Below are positions 36,459 to 48,035 of a stretch of 64,000 nucleotides of DNA, piece after piece; position 1 is the first letter of the stretch; each line of letters begins with the position of its first letter. The position numbers and the translations under genes are program-made. Below the pieces are notes generated by a model that was not told the origin of the DNA, did no database searches, and saw only the letters and a list, made by a program, of their open reading frames with translations. The DNA lies in assembly GCA_049675585.1 (NCBI GenBank), contig JBAUAJ010000102.1, positions 109 to 64,108 of the forward strand, written 5' to 3'. The DNA is from Thermoplasmata archaeon (GTDB lineage Archaea; Thermoplasmatota; Thermoplasmata; Lutacidiplasmatales; UBA184).

Positions 36459-37709
36459 ATGCCCGCTGCATGGCCGACCGCGGCCGATCTCATGTCGAAG
36501 CGCCCGGCGACCCTGCCGCACGATGCCCCCGTCTCCCGCGCCCTCGGGCTGATGCGCACCCACGGCTACCACGAGGTCCCGGTCCTCCGGCGCTCCCATC
36601 TGATCGGGATGATCACGGTCGAGTCGATCGCCCGCCGGGTCCGCCGCGCGCTGATGACGAAGGTCGAGCACCTCTTGATCGTTCCCCCGCTCATCACCCC
36701 CTCGAGCACCTATCCGGAGATCGCCGAGACCCTGCTGGCGGCCGGGCTCCGGGCCGCGCCCGTCGTGGGCCGACGGGGCGAGTTGCTCGGGATCGTGAGC
36801 CGCAGCGACCTCGTACGCGAGCTCGGTCACGTACCCCTGTTCTCCCGCGGTCCGCTCCCGACGGTGGAGGAGGTCTCCCGGCCTCCGTCCATGACGGTCC
36901 GCGAAAACGACCTCTGCCGGAACCTGGTCGATCAGATCCGCCTCCTCGAGGAACATCCGTTCCCGGTCGTCGACCGGAAGGGCCGGCTCGTCGGGGCGGT
37001 CGGCGTGAAGGATCTCACCGAGGTCCTGTGGCGCCCCACGGCCGGAGGCAAGCGCGACGCGCGGGACGTCAGCACGGCGCTGAACGTCGAGGTCGGCTCG
37101 ATCATGCACCGCCCGGCGGTCACGGTCCCGAGCGGCACGGACGTGGTGGCCGCGGCCCGGCGAATGACCGAGGAGGCCGTCTCGAGCGTCTTCGTTGTCG
37201 AGGACAGCCGTCCCACCCGCGTCCTCTCCGAGTCCGACCTCCTCGGGTTGATCGTCGCACGCAGCCGACCGGCTCAGGGGAAACCCCGGGTCGAGGACGT
37301 CTACGTGGAGATCACCGGCCTGCGCGGTGCGGGCGACCCCGGCCTGATCGCAGAGATCGACGCGCTCGTGGCCCGCGGATTGGGCCGGATCACCCGGTAC
37401 TCCCAACCGAGCCTGCTCTCGCTCCACTTCGCTCCCCACGCGACCCACCGCACGAACGACCTCACGGTGGAAGCGCGGCTCCACACCAATGCGGGGATCT
37501 TCTACGCATCCCACACCGGCTGGAATCTGATGGCCGGCGTCTCCGGTCTCCTCGAAGATTTGACGGCCCAGGTCCACCGGGTCCACGAGGCGGCCCGTCA
37601 ACGGGGACGCCAGCGCGGTCGCTTGACGCCCGAGGAGGAGACCCCGGCGGACGACCCGGACCTCGAGCTAAAGATCCGCGCGGCGACCGGCGACGACGAC
37701 GGGGCGTAG
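36459..37709 (+). CDS. CBS-domain protein (four CBS repeats plus a C-terminal domain)
   Basis: Repeated CBS signatures: VSRALGLMRTHGYHEVPVL, ELLGIVSRSDLV, RLVGAVGVKDL, RVLSESDLL. Confidence 0.75.
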   Translation: MPAAWPTAADLMSKRPATLPHDAPVSRALGLMRTHGYHEVPVLRRSHLIGMITVESIARRVRRALMTKVEHLLIVPPLITPSSTYPEIAETLLAAGLRAAPVVGRRGELLGIVSRSDLVRELGHVPLFSRGPLPTVEEVSRPPSMTVRENDLCRNLVDQIRLLEEHPFPVVDRKGRLVGAVGVKDLTEVLWRPTAGGKRDARDVSTALNVEVGSIMHRPAVTVPSGTDVVAAARRMTEEAVSSVFVVEDSRPTRVLSESDLLGLIVARSRPAQGKPRVEDVYVEITGLRGAGDPGLIAEIDALVARGLGRITRYSQPSLLSLHFAPHATHRTNDLTVEARLHTNAGIFYASHTGWNLMAGVSGLLEDLTAQVHRVHEAARQRGRQRGRLTPEEETPADDPDLELKIRAATGDDDGA

Positions 37710-37721
37710 GAGGCGACCGGT

Positions 37722-38126
37722 ATGCTTCCGGGCGGCGGACGCAACCCGCGCCAGGTCGAGATGATGATGCGCCGCATGGGCATGACCACCGAGCCGGTCC
37801 CCGGCGTCGAGGAGGTCATCGTCCGCACGGCGACGAAGGAGCACGTCTTCCGGGCGCCCGAGGTCACGATCCTCAACGTGCAGGGGGTCCGAACCTACCA
37901 GGTCGTCGGCCAGCCCGAGATCCGGGCGAGGAGCGCGACCTCCGTGCTCGGCGGCGGCGCCGCCGCCGCCTCCCCCGCGGCCCCGTCCGGACCGCCGGAG
38001 GACGACATCCGCCTCGTCATGGAGCAGGCGAACGTCTCCCGCGAGGAAGCGATCGAAGCGCTCCTCGGAACGAACGGCGCCCCGGCGGAAGCGATCCTTC
38101 GGATCCTCACCCGGGGCGGTCGGTGA
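37722..38126 (+). CDS. nac: Nascent polypeptide-associated complex protein (archaeal NAC alpha)
   Basis: GGRNPRQVEMMMRRMGM ... VTILNVQGVRTYQVVG (NAC domain) and a C-terminal UBA-like EDDIRLVMEQANVSREEAIEALLGTNG. Confidence 0.85.
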   Translation: MLPGGGRNPRQVEMMMRRMGMTTEPVPGVEEVIVRTATKEHVFRAPEVTILNVQGVRTYQVVGQPEIRARSATSVLGGGAAAASPAAPSGPPEDDIRLVMEQANVSREEAIEALLGTNGAPAEAILRILTRGGR

Positions 38127-38593
38127 ACGGGCCGCTCGGGCCGGTCGTCCGCGAGTGCGTCGAAGGGTACCTCTACGCCACCCCGCCCCTCGAGATACTT
38201 CTCTTTCGACGGCCCCCGACCCGGGGCCGGATTTGGGTGCCGGTGAGCGGCAAGGTCGACCCCGAAGACGCGAACCTCGAGGCGGCCCTCGCCCGGGAGC
38301 TCACGGAGGAGACCGGGCTCACCTCGGCGCTCGCGCTCGAGCCGCTCGACTGGCACGTACCGTTCCGCGCCGACAACGGCGAGACGTGGAGGTTGCACGC
38401 GTACGCGGTGCGCATCCCCCGGGGGTTTCTCCCGGAGCTGAGCCCCGAGCACGAATCGTTCGAGTGGACGGCGCCGGGGGAGGCGATCCGACGTCTCCAC
38501 TTCGAGGACAACAAAGAGGCCGTGCGTCGGTTGGCGGCACGGATCGCGCAGAACTCCCCGGGAGATGCTCCGGGGTCCCCCGCACCCGAGTAG
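38123..38593 (+). CDS. Nudix hydrolase
   Basis: Nudix box GKVDPEDANLEAALARELTEETGL. The GTG start overlaps the nac stop (GTGA at 38123-38126). It is the C-terminal part of the artefactual track ORF 36470..38593. Confidence 0.7.
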   Translation: MNGPLGPVVRECVEGYLYATPPLEILLFRRPPTRGRIWVPVSGKVDPEDANLEAALARELTEETGLTSALALEPLDWHVPFRADNGETWRLHAYAVRIPRGFLPELSPEHESFEWTAPGEAIRRLHFEDNKEAVRRLAARIAQNSPGDAPGSPAPE

Positions 38594-38652
38594 AGCCTTC
38601 GGCCGGTCCGATTCCCCAAACCTTTAGCACCTCGCTCCGTCGGGGCCGGCCC

Positions 38653-39690
38653 ATGTCCGCCCCGCCGGTCACCGACTCAACGCCCCGGCCGGCGCCCCGG
38701 GTATTCTCCGTCGTCGGTCCCGATCTGATCGCGGCCGCGCGGGAGGTCGCCCCGCGACGCATCATCCTCCAGGTGCCCGCCGGCCTCGTCCGAGACGCCC
38801 ACGAGCTCGCGGCACGGCTCCGCGAGGAGGTCGGGGCGCCGGTCGACGTGGCCGCCCGCGCGTGCTTCGGGGCGTGCGACCCGCCCTCCCGAGATGAGGC
38901 CCCGCGGGCCGATCTCGCGATCGTCCTCGGCCACGCCCCGATCCCGAACGCACTGCCCGAACGGCGGACGTTCTTCGTCGAGATGCGCTCTGCGGCGGGC
39001 GACCCGGCCGCCCTCGCCGAGACCATCCGCGCAGGGGGAGTGCCGAAGCGACTCGGACTCGTCGCGTCGGTGCAGCACCTCGACCTGGTCGGTCCGCTCA
39101 CCGAGGCGTTGCACGCGCACGGGTACGACGTGCGGATCGGATCGGGGGATCATCGACTCGCGTACGCGGCCCAGGCGCTCGGGTGCAACTACACAGGCGC
39201 CGAATCGACCCTCGCGGAGGTCGACGCGTTCCTGTTCCTCGGTTCCGGCCGATTCCATCCGATCGGTCTTGCGCTCGCCGTCGACCGGCCCGTCTGGTCG
39301 GTCGACCCGTTCCGCGGGGAACTCGAGGAGCCGATCGACCGGGGCGCTCTCGTGCGCGGACGCCAGCTCCTCGTCGCCTCGGTTCGCGACGCGCGGAAGT
39401 GGGGCGTGATCGTCTCTACGTTCGTCGGCCAGATGCGCATGCCGACGGCGCTGGCCCTTCAAGAGCGAGCCCGCGGCCGGGGCCTCGAAGCCGAGATCCT
39501 GCTCGCCGACCGGGTGGACCCCCGGGACCTCGAAGGGCGCTCGTTCGACGCGTACGTGAGCACGGCGTGCCCTCGCATCGCGATCGACGACGGCCGGAAC
39601 TACCCGAAGCCCGTGCTCACTCCGCCGGAGTTCCTGATGGCGATCGGAGAGCTGCCGCTCGAGCCGTACCGATTCGATACGTACCACTGA
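38653..39690 (+). CDS. dph2: Diphthamide biosynthesis enzyme Dph2 (2-(3-amino-3-carboxypropyl)histidine synthase)
   Basis: ILQVPAGL ... ACFGACD ... LGHAPIP ... GCNYTGA ... FLFLGSGRFHP ... STACPRIAIDD. Start at the internal ATG 38653. Confidence 0.8.
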   Translation: MSAPPVTDSTPRPAPRVFSVVGPDLIAAAREVAPRRIILQVPAGLVRDAHELAARLREEVGAPVDVAARACFGACDPPSRDEAPRADLAIVLGHAPIPNALPERRTFFVEMRSAAGDPAALAETIRAGGVPKRLGLVASVQHLDLVGPLTEALHAHGYDVRIGSGDHRLAYAAQALGCNYTGAESTLAEVDAFLFLGSGRFHPIGLALAVDRPVWSVDPFRGELEEPIDRGALVRGRQLLVASVRDARKWGVIVSTFVGQMRMPTALALQERARGRGLEAEILLADRVDPRDLEGRSFDAYVSTACPRIAIDDGRNYPKPVLTPPEFLMAIGELPLEPYRFDTYH

Positions 39691-39707
39691 GGATCGCGAG
39701 CGGCCGA

Positions 39708-40301
39708 TCAGCGGGAGACCGATACCTCGGCGAGGAATTTTCGGTGCACCCGGAGGTCGCTAGAGAGCTCCGGATGGAACGTGAGCCCCCAGACCCGTCC
39801 CCCCCTGACGCCGACGACCTCGGCCCCCCGCCACGCGATCGGAAACGCGTCCGGGCCGACCTCGAGTATGCGCGGGGCCCGGATGAAGACCCCTGGGAAC
39901 GGCTCGGCCCCGAGCCCTTCGACCCGGATGCCCTCCTCGAACGACTCTCCCTGCGACCCGTAGTCGTTCCGACGCACCGTCACATCCAGGACGCCCAGGG
40001 TGGGCGGGTCGCGTCCCGCGGCGCTCGGTTCGAGGCGGCGGGCGAGGAGGATCAACCCCGCGCAGGTGGCGAGGACGGGGAGGCCGTCGCGCAGGCGCGC
40101 GCGGAGCGGCTCCCACAACCCGGTTCCCTGGAGCAGGCGGGCGATCGTGGTCGACTCGCCGCCGGGGAGGAACAACGCGTCCACCTCGGCGAGATCGGCG
40201 GGCGTGCGGACCGCACGAACCGCTTGGCCTTCGGCCCCGCGCTCGAGGGCCCGCAAGTGCTCCGGGACGTCGCCCTGGAGCGCGAGGACGCCGACGTTCA
40301 T
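39708..40301 (-). CDS. pdxT: Pyridoxal 5'-phosphate synthase glutaminase subunit
   Basis: MNVGVLALQGD, LPGGESTT, ATCAGLILLA, TFHPE. The ATG overlaps the hmgA stop (ATGA at 40298-40301). The rest of track ORF 39708..41813 is an artefact. Confidence 0.85.
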   Translation of the reverse strand: MNVGVLALQGDVPEHLRALERGAEGQAVRAVRTPADLAEVDALFLPGGESTTIARLLQGTGLWEPLRARLRDGLPVLATCAGLILLARRLEPSAAGRDPPTLGVLDVTVRRNDYGSQGESFEEGIRVEGLGAEPFPGVFIRAPRILEVGPDAFPIAWRGAEVVGVRGGRVWGLTFHPELSSDLRVHRKFLAEVSVSR

Positions 40302-41602
40302 CCGGAGCCGCGCCGCAGCTCGTCGACGATCTCTTTGGCACGGTCGAATCGGATCTTGTGCTCGGCGATCAGCCGCTCCACGACCCGGTCGACCTCGTCC
40401 GGACGTGCCCCCGCGTTCGCGGCGAGGTTGCGGGCGGCGAGCTCCATGTGGCCGCGCTGGATCCCCTCGGTGGCGAGGGCGCGCAGCGCGGCGAAGTTCT
40501 GCGCCAGTCCCACCGCAGCGAGCACCTCCCCCAGCTCCCGGGCGCTCTTCACCCCGAGCAGGCGGACGTTCGCTTTGGCGGTCGGATGCACGGCGGTCGC
40601 CCCGCCGATGAGACCGACCGGCACGGGGAGCTCGATCGACCCGACCAGGTTGCCGTCCCGGTCCTTCTCGTAGGTTGTCAAGGGCCGCACGACCGCCCCC
40701 TCCCCCGAGGCGAGCCACGCGGCGTACGTGTGCGCGCCGCTCTCGATCGCCCGGAAGTCGTTGCCCGTCGCCAGCACCACGCTCGAGATCCCGTTCATGA
40801 TCCCCTTGTTGTGGGTCGCGCAGCGGAACGGGTCGGCGGCGGCGAAGGCGAATGCGTCGAGGATCCCTTCGACCGTCGCGGGTCCGGTCGAGTGGTCGGT
40901 CTGGAGCAGGTCGGCGCGGAAGGTGGCGTGCGCCCGCGCGAGGCGGTGGACGGCGAGGTTTGAGATGATGCGGAGCACCGCGCGCCCCCCGGCCAACCGC
41001 GCGACCTCGGGGGCGAGTGCTTCGCACATCGTGTTGACGGCGTTCATTCCGCCGGCGTCGCGCGCGTCCACGAGCAGATGCACGATGAGCATCGTGCCGC
41101 GGCTCGACGGCAAGATCCGCACTTCGATCTGCTTCGCGCCGCCGCCGAACTTGACCAGGACCGGATCCTTGGCGTTCGCTGCCTCGAGAAGCGCGTCCGT
41201 CCGGTCGAGGATACGATGCCGCGCCGCGGCCGGATCGACGACATCCATGATCTGGATCTGGCCGATCATCACCGGGGGCGTCGACTGGGCCCGGAAGCCG
41301 CCGGACGCCCGGGCGACCTTGGCGGCGTTCGACGCCGCGGCGACGACACTCGGTTCCTCGATCGCCATCGGCACGAGGTAGTCCCGGTCGTTGATCCGGA
41401 AGTTCGTGGCCACTCCGAGGGGGAGCGGCATGACGCCGATCACGTTCTCGATCATCCGGTCGATCGTCCCGGCGTCGATCCCCGGAGGGAACTCGTACGC
41501 GGCCGCCTCCTGTTCCGTGAGACCGGCCCACTCGCGCACGAACGCCCGGCGCTCGGCGACCGACCGCTTGTAAAAGCCGGGGACTTCGGAAGAACCGGTC
41601 AC
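40298..41602 (-). CDS. hmgA: HMG-CoA reductase (class II-like)
   Basis: ENVIGVMPLPLGVATNFRINDRDYLVPMAIEEPSVVAAASNAAK, DAGGMNAVNTM, GATAVHP. The GTG start overlaps the grpE stop. Confidence 0.9.
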   Translation of the reverse strand: MTGSSEVPGFYKRSVAERRAFVREWAGLTEQEAAAYEFPPGIDAGTIDRMIENVIGVMPLPLGVATNFRINDRDYLVPMAIEEPSVVAAASNAAKVARASGGFRAQSTPPVMIGQIQIMDVVDPAAARHRILDRTDALLEAANAKDPVLVKFGGGAKQIEVRILPSSRGTMLIVHLLVDARDAGGMNAVNTMCEALAPEVARLAGGRAVLRIISNLAVHRLARAHATFRADLLQTDHSTGPATVEGILDAFAFAAADPFRCATHNKGIMNGISSVVLATGNDFRAIESGAHTYAAWLASGEGAVVRPLTTYEKDRDGNLVGSIELPVPVGLIGGATAVHPTAKANVRLLGVKSARELGEVLAAVGLAQNFAALRALATEGIQRGHMELAARNLAANAGARPDEVDRVVERLIAEHKIRFDRAKEIVDELRRGSG

Positions 41603-42159
41603 GGCTTTTCCTCGGACGTCGCGGCGGCGGCCGACTCGCTCGGCCGATCGGCGCCGACCGCCGGCCGAGCGACGATGACCTTGGCGGTGCGCAGCAGTCC
41701 GCCGAAGAACCGGTACCCTTGCTGAACCACCTCCGCGATCGACCCGTCAGGGGCATCGGGGCGCGTCGGCGCTTCCCCGACCGCTTCGGCCTCCTCGGCG
41801 CGGAACGGTTCACCCACGCGCGCGACCGGCTCTACGCCCTCGTGCTTGAGGAACGTCATCCACTCTCGGTCGAGCAGGTCGAATCCGCGGTGCAACGGGT
41901 CCGACGCGGGCAGCCGGTCGATCGCCTGCCGGGCCGCCCGGAACGCCTCCAAGATCGGAAGCAGCTCGCGGAGCATCGCCCCGCGGCTTTGGCGAGTGAT
42001 CGACTCCCGGTCCCGTTCCGACCGTCGTCGGTAGTTCTCGAAGTCCGCCAGGAGGTACTTGTACCGCGTTCCCCAATCCTCCGTCGGCTCGGCCGGTACC
42101 GTCTCCTCGGACGAGGGCGCTCCGGCCGTAGGAGGAGTCTCGGGCCGGTCGTCGGGCAT
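41599..42159 (-). CDS. grpE: Nucleotide exchange factor GrpE
   Basis: RYKYLLADFENYRRRSERD ... LLPILEAFRAA ... GEPFRAEEAEAV ... VVQQGYRF. Confidence 0.85.
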   Translation of the reverse strand: MPDDRPETPPTAGAPSSEETVPAEPTEDWGTRYKYLLADFENYRRRSERDRESITRQSRGAMLRELLPILEAFRAARQAIDRLPASDPLHRGFDLLDREWMTFLKHEGVEPVARVGEPFRAEEAEAVGEAPTRPDAPDGSIAEVVQQGYRFFGGLLRTAKVIVARPAVGADRPSESAAAATSEEKP

Positions 42160-42345
42160 GAGCGTCGATCGGTCGGAGGTCGGGCCTTCATATTAGCCCT
42201 ATCGCCGGGCGATTTGGGGAGGGTGCGGACGGCCCCTTTGCGGGTCGCAAAGTGCACCCTGCGAGCCAGTCCGAATCGTGTCCGAATGGTGCCGGATATC
42301 GGCTTCGTCATATGTCGTCTTTCTTCCCGAGCCCAAGCGTTATAA

Positions 42346-44310
<1,965 letters not shown>

Positions 44311-44380
44311 CCCGCCCTCCTTCGGTCGGGGTCCCCGGCGCGGCCGAACGAGTTATCGCTTCGGCTCGATAGCGAGCGAC

Positions 44381-45703
44381 GTGCCGACGTCCACGACCAC
44401 CGTCGCCCCCCTCGTGGTCCGTGACGCGCTCCTGGTCACGCAGGATCCGAAGCGCCGCATCGTGCGCGGGGACCTCCGCATCGACGGGGGGCGATTCTCC
44501 CACGTCGGGCCCGGCGCACCGCGCGACGGAGCCGAGGAGATCGACGGGCGCGCCTTCGCCGCGATCCCCGGGTTCGTCAACGCGCACACGCACGTCGCGA
44601 TGAGCGTGCTGCGCGGGATCGCGGACGACCGGGAGCTGGGAGGATTCCTCGAGACGTTGTTCCGTGTCGACGCCCGCCGCACGGAGGCAGACGTCGAGGT
44701 GGCCGCCCGGGCCGGGATCGCCGAGATGCTGCTCGGTGGCACGACATCGTTCCTCGACCTGTACTATTTCGAGGACGGCGTCGCCCGAGCCGCGGAATCG
44801 CTCGGGATCCGCGCGTTCCTCGGGTGGGCGGTGCTGGATGCGGACAAGACGACCCAGGCCGGTCGTCCGCTCGACAACGCACGCTCCTTCATCGGCCGGT
44901 GGAAGGAGCGGGGTGTGATCACGCCGCTCGTGGCGCCGCAGGGGGTCTACGTCTGCGACCGGGAGACTTGGCTGGGCGCCCGGGAGCTCGCCGAACAGAC
45001 CACCGGGATCTGTCACTTCCATCTCTCGGAGACGCGGCGGGAGGTCCACGAGCACGAGGCGAAGACCGGCCGCCGACCGGTCGACTGGCTCGAGGAGATC
45101 GGCTTCTTCGGGCCCGGAATGGTCGCGGCGCACACCGTCTGGATCACCGGCCGGGAGATCGAGACCCTCGCCCGGCGGCGGGTGGGGATCGCGCACTGTC
45201 CCAGCTCGAACCTGAAGCTCGCCTCGGGGGGCGTCGCCCCGGTCGTCGAGCTCCGCGCGGCGGGTGCGGTGGTGGGCCTCGGGACCGATTCGGTCGCGAG
45301 CAACAACTCGCTCTCGATGCTTCGGGAGATGCACGTCGCGGGGCTCGTCCAGAAGAACCAGCGGTGGGACGCCTCGGTCCTCTCTTCCCAGGAACTTCTC
45401 GACTTCGCCACGATCGGCGGGGCCCAGATCCTCGGCCGGGGCGAGCTGCTCGGATCGCTCGAGGTCGGCAAGCAGGCGGACTTCTCGCTCGTGCGACTCG
45501 ACCATCCGTCGCTCCTCCCGGCCCGTCCCGAGGCGATCGTCTCGCACCTCGCGTACTCGGCCGAGGCCGATGCGATCGATTCGGTGTTCGTCGCCGGTCG
45601 GCCGGTGGTGCGCGGGCGCACCCTCGTGCACGGCCGCTGGGACGAGATCCGCACGGCCGCGGAGCTCGCCGCGGACCGTCTCTGGGCCGACCGACCGGCG
45701 TAG
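44381..45703 (+). CDS. mtaD: Amidohydrolase, 5'-methylthioadenosine/S-adenosylhomocysteine (or 5'-deoxyadenosine) deaminase-like
   Basis: IPGFVNAHTHVAMS, HLSET, AHTVW, IAHCPSSNLKLASG, LGTDSVASNN. Confidence 0.8.
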   Translation: MPTSTTTVAPLVVRDALLVTQDPKRRIVRGDLRIDGGRFSHVGPGAPRDGAEEIDGRAFAAIPGFVNAHTHVAMSVLRGIADDRELGGFLETLFRVDARRTEADVEVAARAGIAEMLLGGTTSFLDLYYFEDGVARAAESLGIRAFLGWAVLDADKTTQAGRPLDNARSFIGRWKERGVITPLVAPQGVYVCDRETWLGARELAEQTTGICHFHLSETRREVHEHEAKTGRRPVDWLEEIGFFGPGMVAAHTVWITGREIETLARRRVGIAHCPSSNLKLASGGVAPVVELRAAGAVVGLGTDSVASNNSLSMLREMHVAGLVQKNQRWDASVLSSQELLDFATIGGAQILGRGELLGSLEVGKQADFSLVRLDHPSLLPARPEAIVSHLAYSAEADAIDSVFVAGRPVVRGRTLVHGRWDEIRTAAELAADRLWADRPA

Positions 45704-45711
45704 CCCGCGAC

Positions 45712-46401
45712 CTAGGTTTCGGTCAGGTCTTCCTCTAGCGCCTTCGAGAGGCCGTCCGCCAGCGAGTTCCCCGAGGCCTGAATTCCAAGCTCCCGGAGGC
45801 CGCCCAGCCGCGCGCTGGGACTGGGAGCGACGAATCCGAACAATCGGTCGATCGCCGTTCGATCGACGGTCACCGAGATGGTTCCGTGGTGCAACAGGGC
45901 GGACCGGATGAGGTGCTGCGCGGCGCCCCCCAGGATCCGATCGCCCGCCCCCAACACCCACCCGCGTTCGCTGAGCATGCAGTAGTCGTGGGACGTCCCG
46001 GGAGCCGGGGTCCATGCACATTCCACACCTAGGGCGCCCAGCCACCGGACCACACCCCGGCCGAGACGGGCGTAGGCGCGGGCAAAATCCCGGCCGACCC
46101 TCGGATCGTCGCGGGGAAGCACGACCGTCCACGCGAGGTCGCCGACTTCGTGCAGCAGTCCCGTGCCACCGGACCGCCGCGCCACGATCGGGATCCCTTC
46201 CGCTTCGGCCCGGCGGAGGTACGGTCCGCGGGCTCCGACCCCGTAGGAAAGACACCGCGTCTCGAGGAGCGCGACGCGCACCGCGCGGGCCCCGCGAGCC
46301 AACAGCGCTTCGTCGCCGTGAGCGTACTCCGCTGCGCCGACACGGCGGTCGACGATCCGCGGGATCGAGGATGCGTCGGCGACGGTTCGGTCGGTCGGCA
46401 C
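45712..46401 (-). CDS. Biotin/lipoate A/B protein ligase family protein (LplA-like)
   Basis: ARRSGGTGLLHEVGDLAWTVVL and RILGGAAQH resemble LplA motifs. The usual catalytic Lys position appears to be Ile. Confidence 0.55.
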   Translation of the reverse strand: MPTDRTVADASSIPRIVDRRVGAAEYAHGDEALLARGARAVRVALLETRCLSYGVGARGPYLRRAEAEGIPIVARRSGGTGLLHEVGDLAWTVVLPRDDPRVGRDFARAYARLGRGVVRWLGALGVECAWTPAPGTSHDYCMLSERGWVLGAGDRILGGAAQHLIRSALLHHGTISVTVDRTAIDRLFGFVAPSPSARLGGLRELGIQASGNSLADGLSKALEEDLTET

Positions 46402-46475
46402 GCCGTGCTCCGAGGGGCGACTCGCCGACCGGTGGCCGGTCGAAAGGATAAGAGGACGACCCCGCTCGCACTCGC

Positions 46476-47027
46476 ATGGCCGAGCTGAGCACGTACCAGC
46501 TGCACCCGGGCGACGCCGCCCCCGACTTCGCCCTACCGGGGACCGATGGGGCGACGCATCGGCTCTCTGAGTTCTCCGGCCAACCGCTCCTGCTCGTCGC
46601 CTTCTGGTGCAATCACTGCCCGTACGTCCAGGCGTGGGAGCCGCGGATGGTCGAGATCGGCCGGAAGTACGGTCCCCGCGGGGTCGCGGTGGTGCTGATC
46701 AACTCGAACGACGCCGCAGCGTACCCGGACGACGGGGCGGAGTCGATGGCGGTCCGTGCCCGCGAGAAGGGGTACCCGTTCCCGTACCTGAGGGACGAGA
46801 GCCAGGAGGTGGCGCACGCCTACGGAGCGCTCGTCACTCCGCATCCGATGCTCTTCGGAAAGGACCGGCGGCTCCTCTTCCAAGGGCGGATCGACGACGA
46901 CCATCAGCACCCCGAACGGGTGAAGCACAAGTATCTCGAGTCCGCGATCGAGCAGGCCCTCGCCGGAAAACCCGTGACGCCGGCCGAGCTACCGGTCGCC
47001 GGTTGCACGGTCAAGTGGCGGCCCTGA
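46476..47027 (+). CDS. Thioredoxin-fold thiol-disulfide oxidoreductase (redoxin/AhpC-TSA family)
   Basis: LLLVAFWCNHCPYV CxxC motif in a redoxin-like context. Confidence 0.75.
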   Translation: MAELSTYQLHPGDAAPDFALPGTDGATHRLSEFSGQPLLLVAFWCNHCPYVQAWEPRMVEIGRKYGPRGVAVVLINSNDAAAYPDDGAESMAVRAREKGYPFPYLRDESQEVAHAYGALVTPHPMLFGKDRRLLFQGRIDDDHQHPERVKHKYLESAIEQALAGKPVTPAELPVAGCTVKWRP

Positions 47028-48023
47028 ACCGCCTCGGCTTCGGCGTCGACCGGATCCGCGCCGGGCCCGGAGGTCCGACTCTCGCCGCTCGAACGACGCT
47101 TTGAGCTCGGGTGCGAGCGGCGAGCCCGCCTGGTCCTTCCGCGCGGCGATCGCCACCTTTCCGGCGAGGGCGCGGGCCAGTTTCCCCCGATCGCTCCGGG
47201 GGGCCGATTGGATCTGGGGGTGCATGAACAGGAGTCCGTGGCGCGGCGGAGGGGCGCGCCCGCGAAGATGCTCGAAGAACGCGCGTTCTGCCCCCAGCAC
47301 CTGGACGGTGCTCGCCGGCAGGCGGGCGAGCCGGGCGAGGCCGCCCGCCTGAGCGAGCATCAATCCGGCGAGCTCCGGGCCGAGCAGCGCGTGCAGATTC
47401 GGCGTACGCACCGGCACGGACACCGCGACGGCCGCTTCGAGCGCTTCCCGGGCGCTCCCGATGGCGAGGAACAGTTCCGCGAGACGCCGCCGAGCGTCGG
47501 TCAGGGCCGGGTCGTCCGGGCCGAGGGAGGTCACCGACGTACCCGAGATCGCGGCCCGGGCCGCCTTCGCCGGGTCCCCCGCCTCTACGTCCGGAGTATC
47601 GCGTCCGACCCAGCTCGCCAGGCGCTCGCCGACCAGATTCGCCGCCCGGTCGAGGTCGCGCACTGCGCGGACCGCCTCTTCGACATGGATCGAGGGGTCC
47701 CAGGACGCCTCGAGGGCCTCCTCCGCGGCGCGAAGGATGTACTCCCGTTGGAGCGGCGCCTCTCCATCGAACGGTACCGACGGCGGCGCCTCCCGTCCAT
47801 ACGTGATCCCCGGACCGACAAGGCGACGATCCCGACTGACCCACGCCTCCGAGCCCCGCTGGGCGAGTGTCGCCTCTTCCTCCGGTGTCAGCCCGCCGGT
47901 GGCGCGCAGGCGCGCGCGGGCGCAGAGCGCTTCCGGGTCGAGTGGGGCCGGGGCCCGGCGAAGCACCGCGGTACCATCGACGATGTACGTCCCGTGCCAG
48001 ACCGATACGATCGCGCGGGCCAT
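46989..48023 (-). CDS. nop5: Nop5 (Nop56/58) C/D box sRNP protein
   Basis: NOP domain string: PNLHALLGPELAGLMLAQAGGLARLARLPASTVQVLGAERAFFEHLRGRAPPPRHGLLFMHPQIQSAPRSDRGKLARALAGKVAIAARKD. Basic C-terminal tail. Confidence 0.75.
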   Translation of the reverse strand: MARAIVSVWHGTYIVDGTAVLRRAPAPLDPEALCARARLRATGGLTPEEEATLAQRGSEAWVSRDRRLVGPGITYGREAPPSVPFDGEAPLQREYILRAAEEALEASWDPSIHVEEAVRAVRDLDRAANLVGERLASWVGRDTPDVEAGDPAKAARAAISGTSVTSLGPDDPALTDARRRLAELFLAIGSAREALEAAVAVSVPVRTPNLHALLGPELAGLMLAQAGGLARLARLPASTVQVLGAERAFFEHLRGRAPPPRHGLLFMHPQIQSAPRSDRGKLARALAGKVAIAARKDQAGSPLAPELKASFERRESDLRARRGSGRRRSRGGSGPPLDRATGDR

Positions 48024-48035
48024 CGTCGTACTCCG

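Noticed and set aside
35451-37601. 716-aa minus-strand ORF, and the first ~550 codons of + ORF 36470..38593
   Set aside because: They are antisense or out-of-frame to the PAC2, GNAT, CBS and nac genes. Only the last 156 codons of 36470..38593 (the Nudix box) look real.
40302-41813. Upstream 500 codons of minus ORF 39708..41813
   Set aside because: They are out-of-frame overlap with hmgA and grpE. Only the last 197 codons are PdxT.
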